From Chiloscyllium plagiosum (Eukaryota), in contig NC_057720.1 of NCBI RefSeq assembly GCF_004010195.1, positions 4,248,651 through 4,271,515 of the forward strand: a stretch of DNA of 22,865 nucleotides, given 5' to 3'. Shown here one piece after another: positions 10,663-21,985 of this stretch (positions are counted from its first letter, which is position 1; every line of letters starts with the position of its first letter). A program made the translations under genes and the position numbers. The notes under the pieces are model-generated. The model was not told the DNA's origin and did no database searches. It worked only from the letters and a program-made list of their open reading frames with translations.

Positions 10663-11013
10663 GGGTGGCACGGTGGCTCAGTGGTTAGCACTGTTGTCTC
10701 AGTGCCAGGGAACTGGCTTTGATTCTAGCCTCTGGCGACTGTCTGTGTGAAGTTTACACATTCTCCCCGTGTCTAATGTGGGTTTCCTCCCGGTGCTCGG
10801 GTTTCCTCCCATAGTCCAGAGATGTGTAGGTTAGGTGAATTGGCTATGCTAAATTGCCTGTAGTGTTCAGGGATGTGTGGGTTAGGTGCACTAGCTGGGA
10901 AATGTAGAGTAATAGGGTAGGGGAGTGGGTCTGGGTGGGATACTCTTCGGAGGGTCGGTGTGGACTTGTTGGGCTGAAGGGTCTGTTTTCACACTGTAGG
11001 GATTCTAATTCTA
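10663..11013 (+). mobile_element. Full-length HE1-type V-SINE
   Basis: tRNA-derived head with A box TGGCTCAGTGG (10674-10684) and a degenerate B box. V domain ...acattctccccgtgtct..gtgggtttcctcc.ggtgctc.ggtttcctccca. LINE-like 3' tail gggctgaagggtctgttt, ending in attctaattcta. Confidence 0.92.
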
Positions 11014-11275
11014 AATTACCTTAACTGTCTGGAAGAACAGGATTGCAGGTGCATGGCACAGCAGCCTGCAAGCATCCCTCAAGGTGAGTACCATCCTGTA
11101 TAGTTGGTCACAAATTCTGGAAGGCACCACCACAAGTGTAGGCCACTTGCTCCTTTTTTTGGCATCAAAGCAGGGTCAATCGGTCGGCCACTATTTTAAT
11201 TTCAAGTCTCTGTCCTTCATAACCTTTATTTTGTGTATTGATGTTTCAGTCTCACCCATACGAAGCAACAAATTA

Positions 11276-12360
11276 TAGAATCATTAGTATTATACAGCAC
11301 AGAAACACTTCACTGCAAACCATTCATGCCAACCAGATATATCTAAACTGATCTAGTCCCATTTGCCAGCATTCGGCCCATATCCCTCTAAACCCTTCCT
11401 ATTCATATACCCATCCAGGTGCCCTTTTGCTTTAAATGTAATTTTACCGGCCTCTCACTTCCTGTCATAGGTCATTCTATACATACTACCCTCTCAAAAA
11501 TGTTGCCCCTTCAGTCTCTTTTTTTTTAAATCTTTTCAGGCCTCACCTTAAACCTTTTACCCTCTGGTTTTGGACTCTCCTACCCTGGAGAAAAGACCTT
11601 GGCTATTCGCCTTTTCCATTCCCCTCATGATTTTTTAAAAAAATCTATATAAGGTCACCCCTCTGCCTCCTTTTGCTCCAGGGTTTTTAAAAAAAAAACT
11701 GCAGCATATTTAGTGTCCACGAATAGCTCAAACTTTTCAATTCTGGCACCATCTTTGTAAATTGTTTCTGCACCCTTGCAAGTTTTGCAACATCCTTCCT
11801 ATAGCCGGGAGACCAGACCTGGAAGGGAGTATCCCAAAAGTGGCCTCACCAATGTCCTCTGGCCGCAATGTGCCATCCCAACTCTTATACTCAATGCACT
11901 GTCCAACAAAGGCAAGTGTGACAAATGCTGCCTTCACCACCCTGTCTGTCTCCGACTCCACTTTCAAAGAACTATGCACTCTCATGGCGGGATCTTTGTT
12001 CAGCAACATTCCCAGGTCCCTACCATTTAAGTGTATATATCCTGTTCTGATTTGTCTTGCCAAAATACAACACCTCACCTCCACCTAAATTAAACTCCAT
12101 TTGCCACTCCTCAGTCCATTGGCTCATCTGATCAAGGTAATATTGTACTTTTGAGGTAACCTTTGCTGTCCTCTCTGCCACCAATTTTGGTGTTACCTGC
12201 TGTTTTTTGCATCCAAATCATTTTATAAATGACGAAAATCAATGGACCTAGCACCAATCCTTGTGACACACCACCAATCACAAGCCTCCAGTCTGAAAAA
12301 TAACTCGCCACCACTACCTTGTCTCCTACCTTCAAGCCAATTTTATATCCAGTTGCCTAG
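11276..12360 (-). mobile_element. CR1 (HER1-like) LINE 3' ~1.1 kb
   Basis: Minus ORFs give SDWRLVIGGVSQGLVLGPLIFVIY and VHSSLKVES..DRVVKAAF.TLAFVGQCIEYKSW. The 3' UTR matches the reverse complement of 6450-6660. Confidence 0.9.
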
Positions 12361-13688
12361 TTAGAGTCAGAATCATAGATGTACAACATGGAAACAGAGG
12401 TTTTGGTCCAACTCGTCCATGCTGACCAGATATCCCAACCTGATTTGACTTTCCAAAATGCAGCACCTGGCATTTATCTAAATTAAATTTCATCTGCCGC
12501 TCCTCAGCCCACTGGCCCATCTGATCAAGAACCTGTTGTACTTTGAGGTAACCTCCTTCACTGTCTACTGCACCTCCTGTCCCTTAGGGTTCCCTCCAAC
12601 CTGCCCACCACAGACATCCAGCTCACTGGTCTATAGTACCACGGATTGTCATTACAACTTTAAATAGTGGCCCCACGTTAGCCTTTCCTGCAGGATTCCA
12701 TGTGCAAACTTACTAACTATACCTCCTATGTTCACCTCCAAATCAATGATATAAGTGACAAACAGTAGAGGACCCAGTACTGATCCTTGTGGCACTCCAC
12801 AAGTCACAGGCCTCCAGTCTGAACAGCAACCCTCTTCCACCACCCTCTGTCTTCCACCTTTTGAGCCAGTTCTGTATCCAAATGGCTAGTTCTCCCTTTA
12901 GCAAGGTTAGGTCTCATGAAATAATCAGTCTCCCATGGGGAACCTTGTCGAACGCCTTACTGAAGTCCATCTAGATCACGTCTACTGCTCTGCCCTTATC
13001 AATCTTCTTTTTTTAACTTCAAAAAACTCAATCAAGTTTGTGAGACATGATTTCCCACGCACAAAGCCATATTGTTGACTATCCCTAATCATTCCTTGCC
13101 TTTCAAATCCCTTAGGATTTCCTCCAACCTGCCCACCACAGACATCCGACTCACTGGTCTATAGTTCCATGGATTGTCCTTGCCATTTTAAATAGTGGCA
13201 CCACTTTAGTCTTTCCTGCTGGATTCCATGTGAATCTGGCCTACCATGCAGAATCTTGTTAAACACCTTACTGAAGTCCATATAGACAACCTCCACCACT
13301 CTTATCTTTATCAATCCTCTTTGTTACTACTTCAAAACAACTCAAGTTAGTATTTCCCATACACCAATCCTTATCAGATTTTTGCTTTTCCAAATGTACG
13401 TGAATAGTGTTCCTCAGAATCCCCTCTAACAAATTAACCATCACTGATAAGTCTGGCTCACTAGTCGATTGTTCCATGGCAATTCCTTACTACTCTTCTT
13501 AGCCAACCGTCAACCTTCTGGCACATTACCCGTGGCTATCAATGATGCGAACTTCTCCCCGCAATTACTTCCCTAGCTTCCCACAAAGGTCTGGGAACAC
13601 CTGATTAGATCCTAGGAATTTATGTACCTTTTTCTGATTTAATCTCTAGCACCACCACTTTTGTGAAATGGACATTTTTTTTCAAGAT
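12361..13688 (-). mobile_element. Rearranged CR1 LINE cluster (3' tip, internal deletion, RT core, duplicated RT segments)
   Basis: 3' tail at 12361-12443, then MGQWAEERQMKFNLDKCQVLHFGKSN, then [26 protein letters not shown] second RT segment (YGLQ/MDFSK region to NYRPVSL region) follows at ~13210-13688. Confidence 0.85.
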
Positions 13689-15477
13689 ATGGAACGTAGA
13701 ACAGTACAGACCCTTCAGTCCTTGATGTTGTGCTAACCTTTTTATCCGACTCTAAGATCAATCTCACCTACATACCTTACATTTTACTATCATCTGTGTG
13801 CCTATCCAAAAGTTGCTTAAATGTCCCTAATGTATCTGATTCTACTACCACAGCTGGCAATGCATTCCATGCACCCACCATTCTGTGTAAAGAACCAACC
13901 TCTGACATCTCCCCGATCCTTCCTCCAATCACCTTAAAATTATGCTCCCTTGTGATAGTCTTTTTCTGCTCTGGGAAAATGTCTCTGACTTTTCACTATC
14001 TATGCCCCTCATCTTGTACACCTTTATCCAGTCACCTTTCATCCTTCTTCATTCCAATGAGAAAAGCCCTAGCTTCCTCAGCCTTTCTTAAGACATGCCC
14101 TCCAGTCCAGGCAGCGTCCTGGTAAATCTCCTCTGCACCCTCTCTAAAGCTTCCACATCCTTTTCTATAAATGAGGCAACCAGAATGGAACACAGTATTC
14201 CAAGTGTAGTCTAACCAGGGCTCTGTAGAGCTGCAGCCTAACCTCACTGCTCTTAAATGCAATTACCTCACTAACAGAAGTCAACACCTCAAATCTTAAC
14301 AATCCTATCAACTTGGATGGCAACTTTGAGGGATTTATGGACATGGACCCCAAGAGCTCTCTCCTCTTCCACAATGCCAAGAATCCTGCCTTTAAGCCTG
14401 TAATCCGTGTTCAAAACCAGCCTTCCAAAATGAATTCTTTTACATTTTGTCCATGTTGAACTCCATCTGCCATTTTATCAGCCTGGTTCTACATCCTGTC
14501 AATGTCTTGTTGTAACCTACAGCAGCCCTCCACACTATCCACCACCACTCCAACCTTTGTGCCATCATCTACCCTTCCACTTCCTCATCCAAGTCACTTA
14601 TAAAACTCACTAAAGAGCAGAGGTCCTAGAACAGGTCCCTGTGGAACACCACTGGTTAGAGTTTCAGGCTGAATACTGTTCATCTACTACCACCACCCTT
14701 TGTCTTCTATGGACCAGCCAATTCTATATCCGGACAGCCAAATTTCCCTGTATCCTATGAATCCTTGTTTTCTGAATGAGTCTACCATGGGGAACTTTAT
14801 CAAATGTCTTACTAAAATCCATATACACCACATCTACTGCTCTACCTTCATCAATGTGGTGGGTTTTTTTTTTTGTCACCTCCTCGAAGAATTCAAATAG
14901 GCTTCAGGCATGACCTGCCCCTGAAAGCCATGCTGACTGCCTCTAATCAAACTATGGTTTTCCAAGTAATCATAATCCTACCTCTCAGAATCTTCTCCAA
15001 TAATTTGCCCACCACATGTCTAACTGGTCTGTAATTCCCAAGATTATCCCTATTCCCTTTCTTGAACAGGGAAAAACAACATTTGCCACCCTCCAATCAT
15101 CTGGCACTCATCTAGTGGACAGTGAGGATGCAAAGATCATCACCAAAGGTGCAGCAATCTCTTCCCTTGCTTCCTGTTGCAACCTTGGGAATATCCCTTC
15201 TGGGAGAAAGTGAAGACTGAAGAAGGGCTTATGCCCGAAATGTCGATTCTCCTGTTCCTTGGATGCTGCCTGACCTGCTGCGCTTTTCCAGCAACACATT
15301 TTCAGTATATCCCTTCTGGCCCAGGGGATTTATCTGTCCTTGTGTTTTTCACAATTTTCAGGACATTCTCCTTCATAATCTCAACCTGTTTGAGCATATC
15401 AACCCATTTCCCGCTGACCTCCCAAACTGCACGGCCCCTCACTAGTGAACACTGAAGCAAAGTAGTCATTAAGGACC
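13689..15477 (-). mobile_element. CR1 LINE, ~1.8 kb 3' portion, different subfamily, decayed
   Basis: Motifs EVRLQLYRALVRLHLEYCVPFW, GIFPRLQQEAREEIAAPLVMIFASSL and VLNDYFASVFT. 3' tail atggaacgtagaacagtaca on the plus strand. Confidence 0.9.
15204..15306 (+). mobile_element. 103-bp Penelope pLTR-derived insertion with 13-bp TSD, carrying a hammerhead core
   Basis: Flanked by atatcccttctgg at 15191-15203 and 15307-15319. Contains CTGAAGA-A-GGGC-ttat-GCCC-GAAA-tgtc (15217-15244). Confidence 0.85.
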
Positions 15478-15704
15478 ATATTATTTATTTCCCCACGTTC
15501 TTGAACTTCCATGTCCTCCTCCACAGTAAATGCTACTCTAGGATTCTCTCTGGTTCTTCTTTCAATAAGATCACTCCTCATTCTTAACACCAATGGTGTT
15601 AAGATTGTGTATCTTGATAGTTTTTTTTTTGATTGCGGACTGTAAGTGGAAAAAGGACACTTTAAAAAAACGACCAGGATTGTGAAAGGAATTGTTGCAC
15701 TTTC

Positions 15705-15758
15705 TAATTGCAAGCTACCAACATTTATTGTAAATAATTGCAAGCTACCAACATTTAT
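15705..15758. repeat. Perfect 24-bp direct repeat with 6-bp spacer
   Basis: taattgcaagctaccaacatttat at 15705-15728 and 15735-15758. Confidence 0.95.
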
Positions 15759-17325
15759 AGCCTGAAGGAAGCCAGTTTATTTTTCTTCAACAGTTGCTGT
15801 AGCTTTTGACCAGTGAGTCAGACTTTATAATTTAGAATAATCGCTCAGTGCCACAAGGAAATGGAACATACCTGGAGAGGTTCAATAGCATGTCGTAATG
15901 AGTAAAGGATCATCTTGGCAAACCCTGTGGTCAGGAGCCATTGAGTTGTCTTCTCAGGTTTCTTCTGCTCATCGCCTATTACAGAAATGTTTTCTTCTGT
16001 GTGTTCAATGTTTATTTTGGGGTTGGTTTTAACCAGTAATTGGATCAGCAGTTTATTTGCTCGTAGATAGAATAATTTTCATTTATAATAAATACTAATC
16101 AAGTACAAAAAACCTGATCCTGTTAAATTGGGTCTAAAAAGTAAATCTGGATGTGTTGCAAAATTTGCCTCTAATCTTAAACCTCTGTGACAACTCCAGG
16201 AATAGTGAAGTTTGATTTCCAGCATGCTCCTGCACAGGTGTGATGGGGTGTAAGTCCAAACTGTGCAACCCTTAGAGAAACTTTCTGGAATCTGAAATCC
16301 ACTTGACTTGATATTAAGACAACTCAGCTGCTCTGTATTTCTCCTGTTCTGAAAGTTGATCACCTGAAATGCTCAGCAACACCCTGTAGCAAGGGTAGGG
16401 TAGTATTGGTTAATTTTATTTCATAAAGGTGTAATATTAATCAATGTAAGGTGATAACCTTTCCATATGAAAATATATCTATCTACCCTGTCAGCTCCCT
16501 TAGATCTTTTGACTCAAGCTCACAGATCAGCTCCCAATTACATTAACAGGAATCCCACAGCAATGTTCGGATGCTCATCACCAGATTCGGGAAATTGGGG
16601 TGATTTAGAGAGGAATGACTTACTGGAGATTGAAATTGGAGAGGCCTCCAAAATGGCCATTTTTAAAATGACTGGGTTTCCTCAAGCGTAAAAAAAAAAA
16701 AAAAAAATTACCTCCCTGTCGTTAAAAGGCAGAAGTGGCATGAGGCCCTGAAGTGGTCGAAGGGCTGCACAAGGAGAGCCACTCGGTGAAATGTTTCAGA
16801 TCTATCAAGTAGCTTCAAATAGGAGAGACTACCTGCTGGATTCTACATTGCCTAGTCTTTAAACCTAAAGCTATAAACTGTTGGTTTTAAACTCTTCTGT
16901 TTGTTTACTGTCTTTTTTTTCTAAAGGCGAAGTGCTAATACTGTTAATGGGAAGCATGTCTTTAACATTAGAGCATCTGAAGTGCTCATGATTCCTCCAG
17001 GACTTTGTATATTTCAACAAATCAACTCCTTTCTACTCTACCCTAAATCAATCGAACTGGTAAAAGTTACAGATTTTTTTTTTGTTTTTAGTCTGACTGA
17101 AGATCACACCAACTTCCTTTGTCACACTCCAAAGGGAATACTGTCTAAAATGTATGTTCCTCTAGCTATAATCCAATGCCTCCTGAATTACTTTAACAAT
17201 CGTTTTAGCCACCACCCAAAATAGATCAGTGTTCCAAAATCAGTTTAATTTTGATAATGCCATTGCATTGCTAACATACTCTGCCATTTTTTAAAGATTT
17301 TTGGGGCGTTACTTTCTATTTTTAG

Positions 17326-17462
17326 GTGTTGCCTGCATCGACATATTTAAATCGGTGAATTGTATGTGTTACAGCTGAACTGGTTGTGCAATTAATCAGG
17401 CTGCTTACTTGCTATGGGAGATTGGAGAGCTATAACCATGCCAGAAGCAGAGCCATCACCAG
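17326..17462 (+). other. SSX2IP: Host gene exon (88-nt 5' UTR + start codon)
   Basis: Acceptor actttctatttttag|G at 17325/17326 and donor CAG|gtatga at 17462/17463, in non-repetitive context. An alternative acceptor ttacag|C is possible at 17374/17375. Confidence 0.7.
17414..17462 (+). CDS. SSX2IP: First coding exon segment, probably afadin- and alpha-actinin-binding protein (ADIP/SSX2IP)
   Basis: ATG...CCA G encodes MGDWRAITMPEAEPSP plus a phase-1 base. It resembles the SSX2IP N-terminus (mammalian MGDWMTVTDPGLSS, recalled as also ending in a short phase-1 exon). The identification rests on only 16 residues. Confidence 0.65.
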
Positions 17463-17923
17463 GTATGAGTGCAGTAATTTTGCTTAAATTGAATATTAAA
17501 ATATCCAATATTTTGGTTTGGAAAATTTCAATGTATCTTTAGGTGTGTTTATAATTTTGAGGGACTTGCTTTCCTTTTCTATGGCTTGCATACTTCCAGT
17601 AAGTCACTGTTAATAGCAGCTTATTTCCAAATATTGTAATATAGCTAAATATCTTTGGCATGCATTGTATTTTGAAATTGTGCCTTTAACTAATCCATCT
17701 CTTCCCCCCCCCCCCCATCACTTCTGTAGTTTCATCAGTCTCAAAACATTTCAGTTAGTAAATTGAATGTAAATTAAAAGATAATGAAGGCTGAGCCATT
17801 TTCATACAGCTCTCTTCCTCTTACTACTTGCCCTCTAGCACTGCCACCTTTTGGATAGGAAAGGTCAGTACTAAATTTGAAAGTTAAATACAAAATCCAT
17901 TGGTAACCTGCCTCATTTTTTTA

Positions 17924-17992
17924 AGAGCAGGTGGAACTTGAAACCTGATCTCTTGGTCCAGTGGTAGGGATGTTACCACTGAACCACAAGAG
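17924..17992 (-). mobile_element. tRNA-derived SINE head
   Basis: Minus strand ctcttgTGGTTCAGTGGtaacatccctaccactggaccaagagatcaGGTTTCAAGTTCCacctgctc has Pol III A and B boxes but no full cloverleaf. Confidence 0.65.
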
Positions 17993-18519
17993 TGCTCAAC
18001 CTGCCTCTTATGAATTCTAAATAAGCACTGTTAAACCTTAAGTATTGAAACCCACATGGCCTGGTTTATTTTGCTTGACTATCACAAAGGTGTGTAAGAT
18101 TACTCTTGTATCACTACACTCAGATCTTTGGGCCAGAGAAACAATTTCAGTCTCACCTGAGAAGTGTCTCAACATGTCCAACCAAGTTGTTTTTAATATG
18201 AATACAGATTTGTGATGTGCATGCAAAACCTCTAATTTCATAAATACAGCTGAAATCAGCCTGTCTTTCAATCATTTTATTACTTTGTAAAACAGTCTAG
18301 TTATTTTTGATTCTGTTTTTAACCCTTTGGAAGTTCATGCTAACTTGTTTCACAAGTCTAACACTTTTTTAAAAATTTTTGTCATTATGTTACCTTTCTA
18401 TAAAAACATTTTAAAGAAACTTTTCAAACATTTCTATGATTTTAAATCTTATATCGATAAAGCTGATTACTATCTGTAATTACTTCATGATTAAGCTTGA
18501 TCAAATTAACAAGTACTTG

Positions 18520-18950
18520 ATCTGGCATTTGAAATGCCTTTAATAATGGAGCAGAAAAAATTTGAAAGTTAATTTCCAGAGATGACCAATTTCTGATGCA
18601 GATAGATTGGAGAAGTTCTTTCCTCTTGAGTGAAGATGTAGAGGTTTTTTAAATCCTGCAAGGCCTACCCAGATAAGGGGAAACTATATTTTTACTAGTT
18701 GAGAAACCGGACCCAATTTTAAGATTATTGGAGAAGAATCAAAGGCAGCACAAGGATACACTTTACATATCAAGCGCTTCTGGTCTGGAATGTACCACCA
18801 GAAACACTGACCAGATTCAAAATTGTGCTTTACGAAAGGGAATTGGATAAGCACCTGATGAAAAGAGTTTAAGAGTAGAACTTGCTAATTGGCTTTTGGA
18901 GGAGGTTTAAGAACAAGGTAGCTGAAGTCTACAGAGGCTGTTCTGAATCT
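18520..18950 (+). mobile_element. Old CR1 LINE 3' fragment
   Basis: Decayed EVFKIL, FKIIG and VWN.PP motifs, and gggaattggataagcacctga. Confidence 0.55.
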
Positions 18951-19489
18951 CTAAAATAGCATAATAGAGTCCATTATTCTGGCATGCCTATTTTGCATTT
19001 GTATTGCACACCTGGCATTGACAGCATACTCACTAGAGTTTAGCTTCATTGGGTTAGTGATTTAGTTCACATTTAAGGATTCCAGGGAACAAAGGCTGTA
19101 ATGTACAGCTGGCTGAACATGGGGAATGTGAACCACAGGGAAATCTGAACTAGCCTTGGACTTGCAAGCTGGATCCTAGTGCTTGAAGGAAAATCAATCT
19201 TTTACAGACCCAAATGGCAATATCTTTATCATCAATTCTAATATTTTTAAGGCACAAAGCCAATTCTGACATTGCCCTGCCAATGCTGAAAATGCTCAAT
19301 ATGAAGTTACCCACACTCTCTCGAACAGAGACTAGATCAACCTAAACCATAAGTTAATCTTTGTCAAACTCCACAATCAAAAGGGACTGGAGCATCCATG
19401 TATAAAGCATAGTTGTTTGGTTTCAACTATTAAAATATTAAACAATGCTTTTATTTTGCCATTTAATGTTTTGTGATTATCTTAAATTC

Positions 19490-19880
19490 ATAAGATTATA
19501 GAGGCAGAATTAAGCTATTCGATCATGGCTGATATGCTCTTCACCCCATTTTCTTGCCTTTTTTCCATAACCCTTCAACCCATTAGCAATTTAAAAATGT
19601 GTCCAACTGTTAAATTTACTCACTGTCCCACAATCCACCCCATGTTGGAGCAGCAAATTCCACAGATTCACCTCCCTTTGGGAGAAGTAGTTTCTCCTCC
19701 ACTGTGTTTTAAGTTTGCTACCCCTTATCCTAATACTTTTGACCCCTCGTCCTAGAATGCCCCACAAGAAGAAGCATCTGCTCCACATCTATTTTATCCA
19801 TGCCTTTTTATCATCATAAATATCTCAAATTGATCTCTACTCTCTGGAATTTAGTAGAATGTGGACCTAAACTGTTCAAT
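19490..19880 (-). mobile_element. CR1 LINE 3' end fragment
   Basis: Minus ORF IRIRGSKLKTQWRRNYFSQREVNLWNLL. 3' tail cataagattatagaggcagaa on the plus strand. Confidence 0.8.
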
Positions 19881-20228
19881 TTTGTTTTTTTTGTCTGCCT
19901 TTGGACTTATGATCAAGCAAGCTTGCACAATATCTTAGCTGCTTTCCTGATTTGTCAACGCAACTGATGGAACCTTTTGGGAGATGGGGGCCTTGAAGGA
20001 TTTATTGTTGGCTTCAAATTCTATCATTCCAGAAATTGTGCTCAATCTGTGTAGACTCTTCGTTCAAGTAGTACAAACCCTTTTTCTCTGGCTTTTGTTT
20101 CCCTGGGTTGCTTGCAACAGCTCTTGAGGTTTCATGGTAAACCTGGGAGAGTTTGCAACCCCCAGTGGTGATAGATTTAGTAACTTAAGTAAATTAATGC
20201 AATATTCCTAATATGGGTCTAAACATTC

Positions 20229-21360
20229 TTAAATCTTTTCGGAACCCTTTCAGGTTTCACAACATCTTTCCAATAGGAAGGAGACCAGAATTGCATGCAA
20301 TATTCCAACAGTGGCTTTACCAATGTCCTGTACAGCCGCAACATGACCTCCCAACTCCTGTACTCCATACTGTGACCAATAAAGGAAAGCGTACCAAATG
20401 CCACCTTCACTATCCTATCTACCTACGACTCAATTTTTTCAGGGATCTATGAACCTGCACTCCAAGGTCTCTTTGTTCAGCAACACTCCCTAGGACCTTA
20501 CCATTAAGTGTATAAGTCCCACTAAGATTTGCTTTCCCAAAATGCAGCACCACTCATTTATCTGAATTAAACTCCATCTGCCATGTCTCGGCCCACTGGT
20601 CCATCTGCAAGATCCTATTGTAATCTGAGGTAACCTTCACTGTCCACTACACCTCCAATTTTGGTGTCATCTGCAAACTTACTAACTGTACCTCTTATGC
20701 TCACATCCAAATCATTTATGTAAATGACAAAAAGTAGAGGGCCCAGCACCGATCCTTGTGACATTCCACTGGTCACAGGCCTCCTGTCTGAAGCAACCAT
20801 CCACCACCACCCTCTGTCTTCTACCTTTAGAGCCAGTTCTGTATCCAAATGGCTAGTTTTCCCTGTATTCCGTGAGATCTAACCTTGCAAACCAGTCTCC
20901 CATAGGGAACCTTGTCGGATGCCTTACTGAAGTCCATATAGATCCCAACTGCTACTCTGCCCTCCTCCAATCTTCTGTTACTTCTTCAAAATACGCAATC
21001 AAGTTTGTGAGACATGATTTCCCACCCACAAAGCCATGTTGACTATCCCTAATCAGTCCTTGCTTTTCCAAATACATGTACATCCTGTCCCTCAGGATTC
21101 CCTCCAACAACTTGCCCACCAGAGGTCAGGCTCACTAGTCTACATTTCATGGCTTGTCCTTACTACCCTTCTTAAAGAGGGGCACCATGTTTGCCAACCT
21201 CCAGTCTTCCGGCACCTCACCTGTGACTATCAATGATACAAATATCTCCAAGAGGCCCAGCAATCACTTCTCTAGCTTCCCAGATTTATCCATCTTTATG
21301 CATTTCAAAACATCCAGCACTTCCTCCTCTGTAATATGGGCATTTTTCAAGGTGTCACCA
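20229..21360 (-). mobile_element. CR1 LINE RT-domain fragment, lacking its 3' end and interrupted at 21360
   Basis: [24 protein letters not shown]...[17 protein letters not shown] and EYRSWEVMLRLYRTLVKPLLEYCMQFWSP. Confidence 0.93.
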
Positions 21361-21370
21361 TCTTGGTGTT

Positions 21371-21985
21371 TTGGATACTTGTGGGGGGGATGACTTACCA
21401 GGGGTAAGTAACGGGGCTCAGGTCTCTGGCACGGAGCCTGTCCCCGTTACTCAGAAGGGAAGGGTGAAGAAGAGCAGAGCAGTAGTAATTGGGGACTCGA
21501 TAGTTAGGGGCACAGATAGGCGGTTTTGTGGGAACGAGAGAGACTCACGTTTGGTATGTTGCCTCCCAGGTGCAAGGGTACGTGATGTCTCTGATCGTGT
21601 TTTCCGGGTCCTGGAGGGGGAGGGGGAGCAACCCGAAGTCGTGGTCCACATTGGCACCAACGACATAGGTAGGAGGAGTGCTGAGGATGTTAGACAGCCT
21701 TTCAGGGAGCTAGGTTGGAAGCTCAGAGATAGAACGATCAGAGTTGTTGTCTCTGGTTTGTTACCCGTGCCACGTGATAGAGAGACGAGGAATAGGGAAA
21801 GAGAACACTTAAATGCGTGGCTAAAGGGATGGTGCAGGAGGGAGGGATTCCGGCTTTTGGATAACTGGGGTTCTTTCTGGGGACGGTAGGACCTCTATAA
21901 ACAGGATGGTCTACACCTGAACCTGAGGGGCACCAGTATCCTTGGGGGGAGGTTTGCTAGTGCTCTTGCGGGGGGTTTAAACTAA
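21371..21985 (+). pseudogene. CR1 ORF1 C-terminal SGNH/GDSL esterase domain (one premature TAG)
   Basis: VIGDSIVR, CLPGARV and VHIGTND blocks. After the TAG at 21887 (likely from TGG) the frame continues DLYKQDGLHLN...GLN* to the TAA at 21983-21985. Confidence 0.92.

Noticed and set aside
10663..10735. tRNA gene (also 17924-17992)
   Set aside because: These are SINE heads with A/B boxes but no complete cloverleaf.
15705..15758. CRISPR-like array
   Set aside because: Only two repeats, a 6-bp spacer, vertebrate context and no cas genes.
16690..16707. A18 tract as a retrocopy poly(A) tail
   Set aside because: No polyadenylation signal, TSD or recognisable upstream gene. Treated as a mononucleotide run, like the C13 at 17704-17716.
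17414..17462. Connexin gene (MGDW start)
   Set aside because: Connexins continue MGDWS.L..LL in one long coding exon. Here the peptide diverges after W and a splice donor follows 16 codons.
21371..21889. Stand-alone or domesticated SGNH hydrolase gene
   Set aside because: It is CR1 ORF1: it begins at a truncation junction without a real ATG, has a premature stop before DGLH, and is followed by the APE ORF2.
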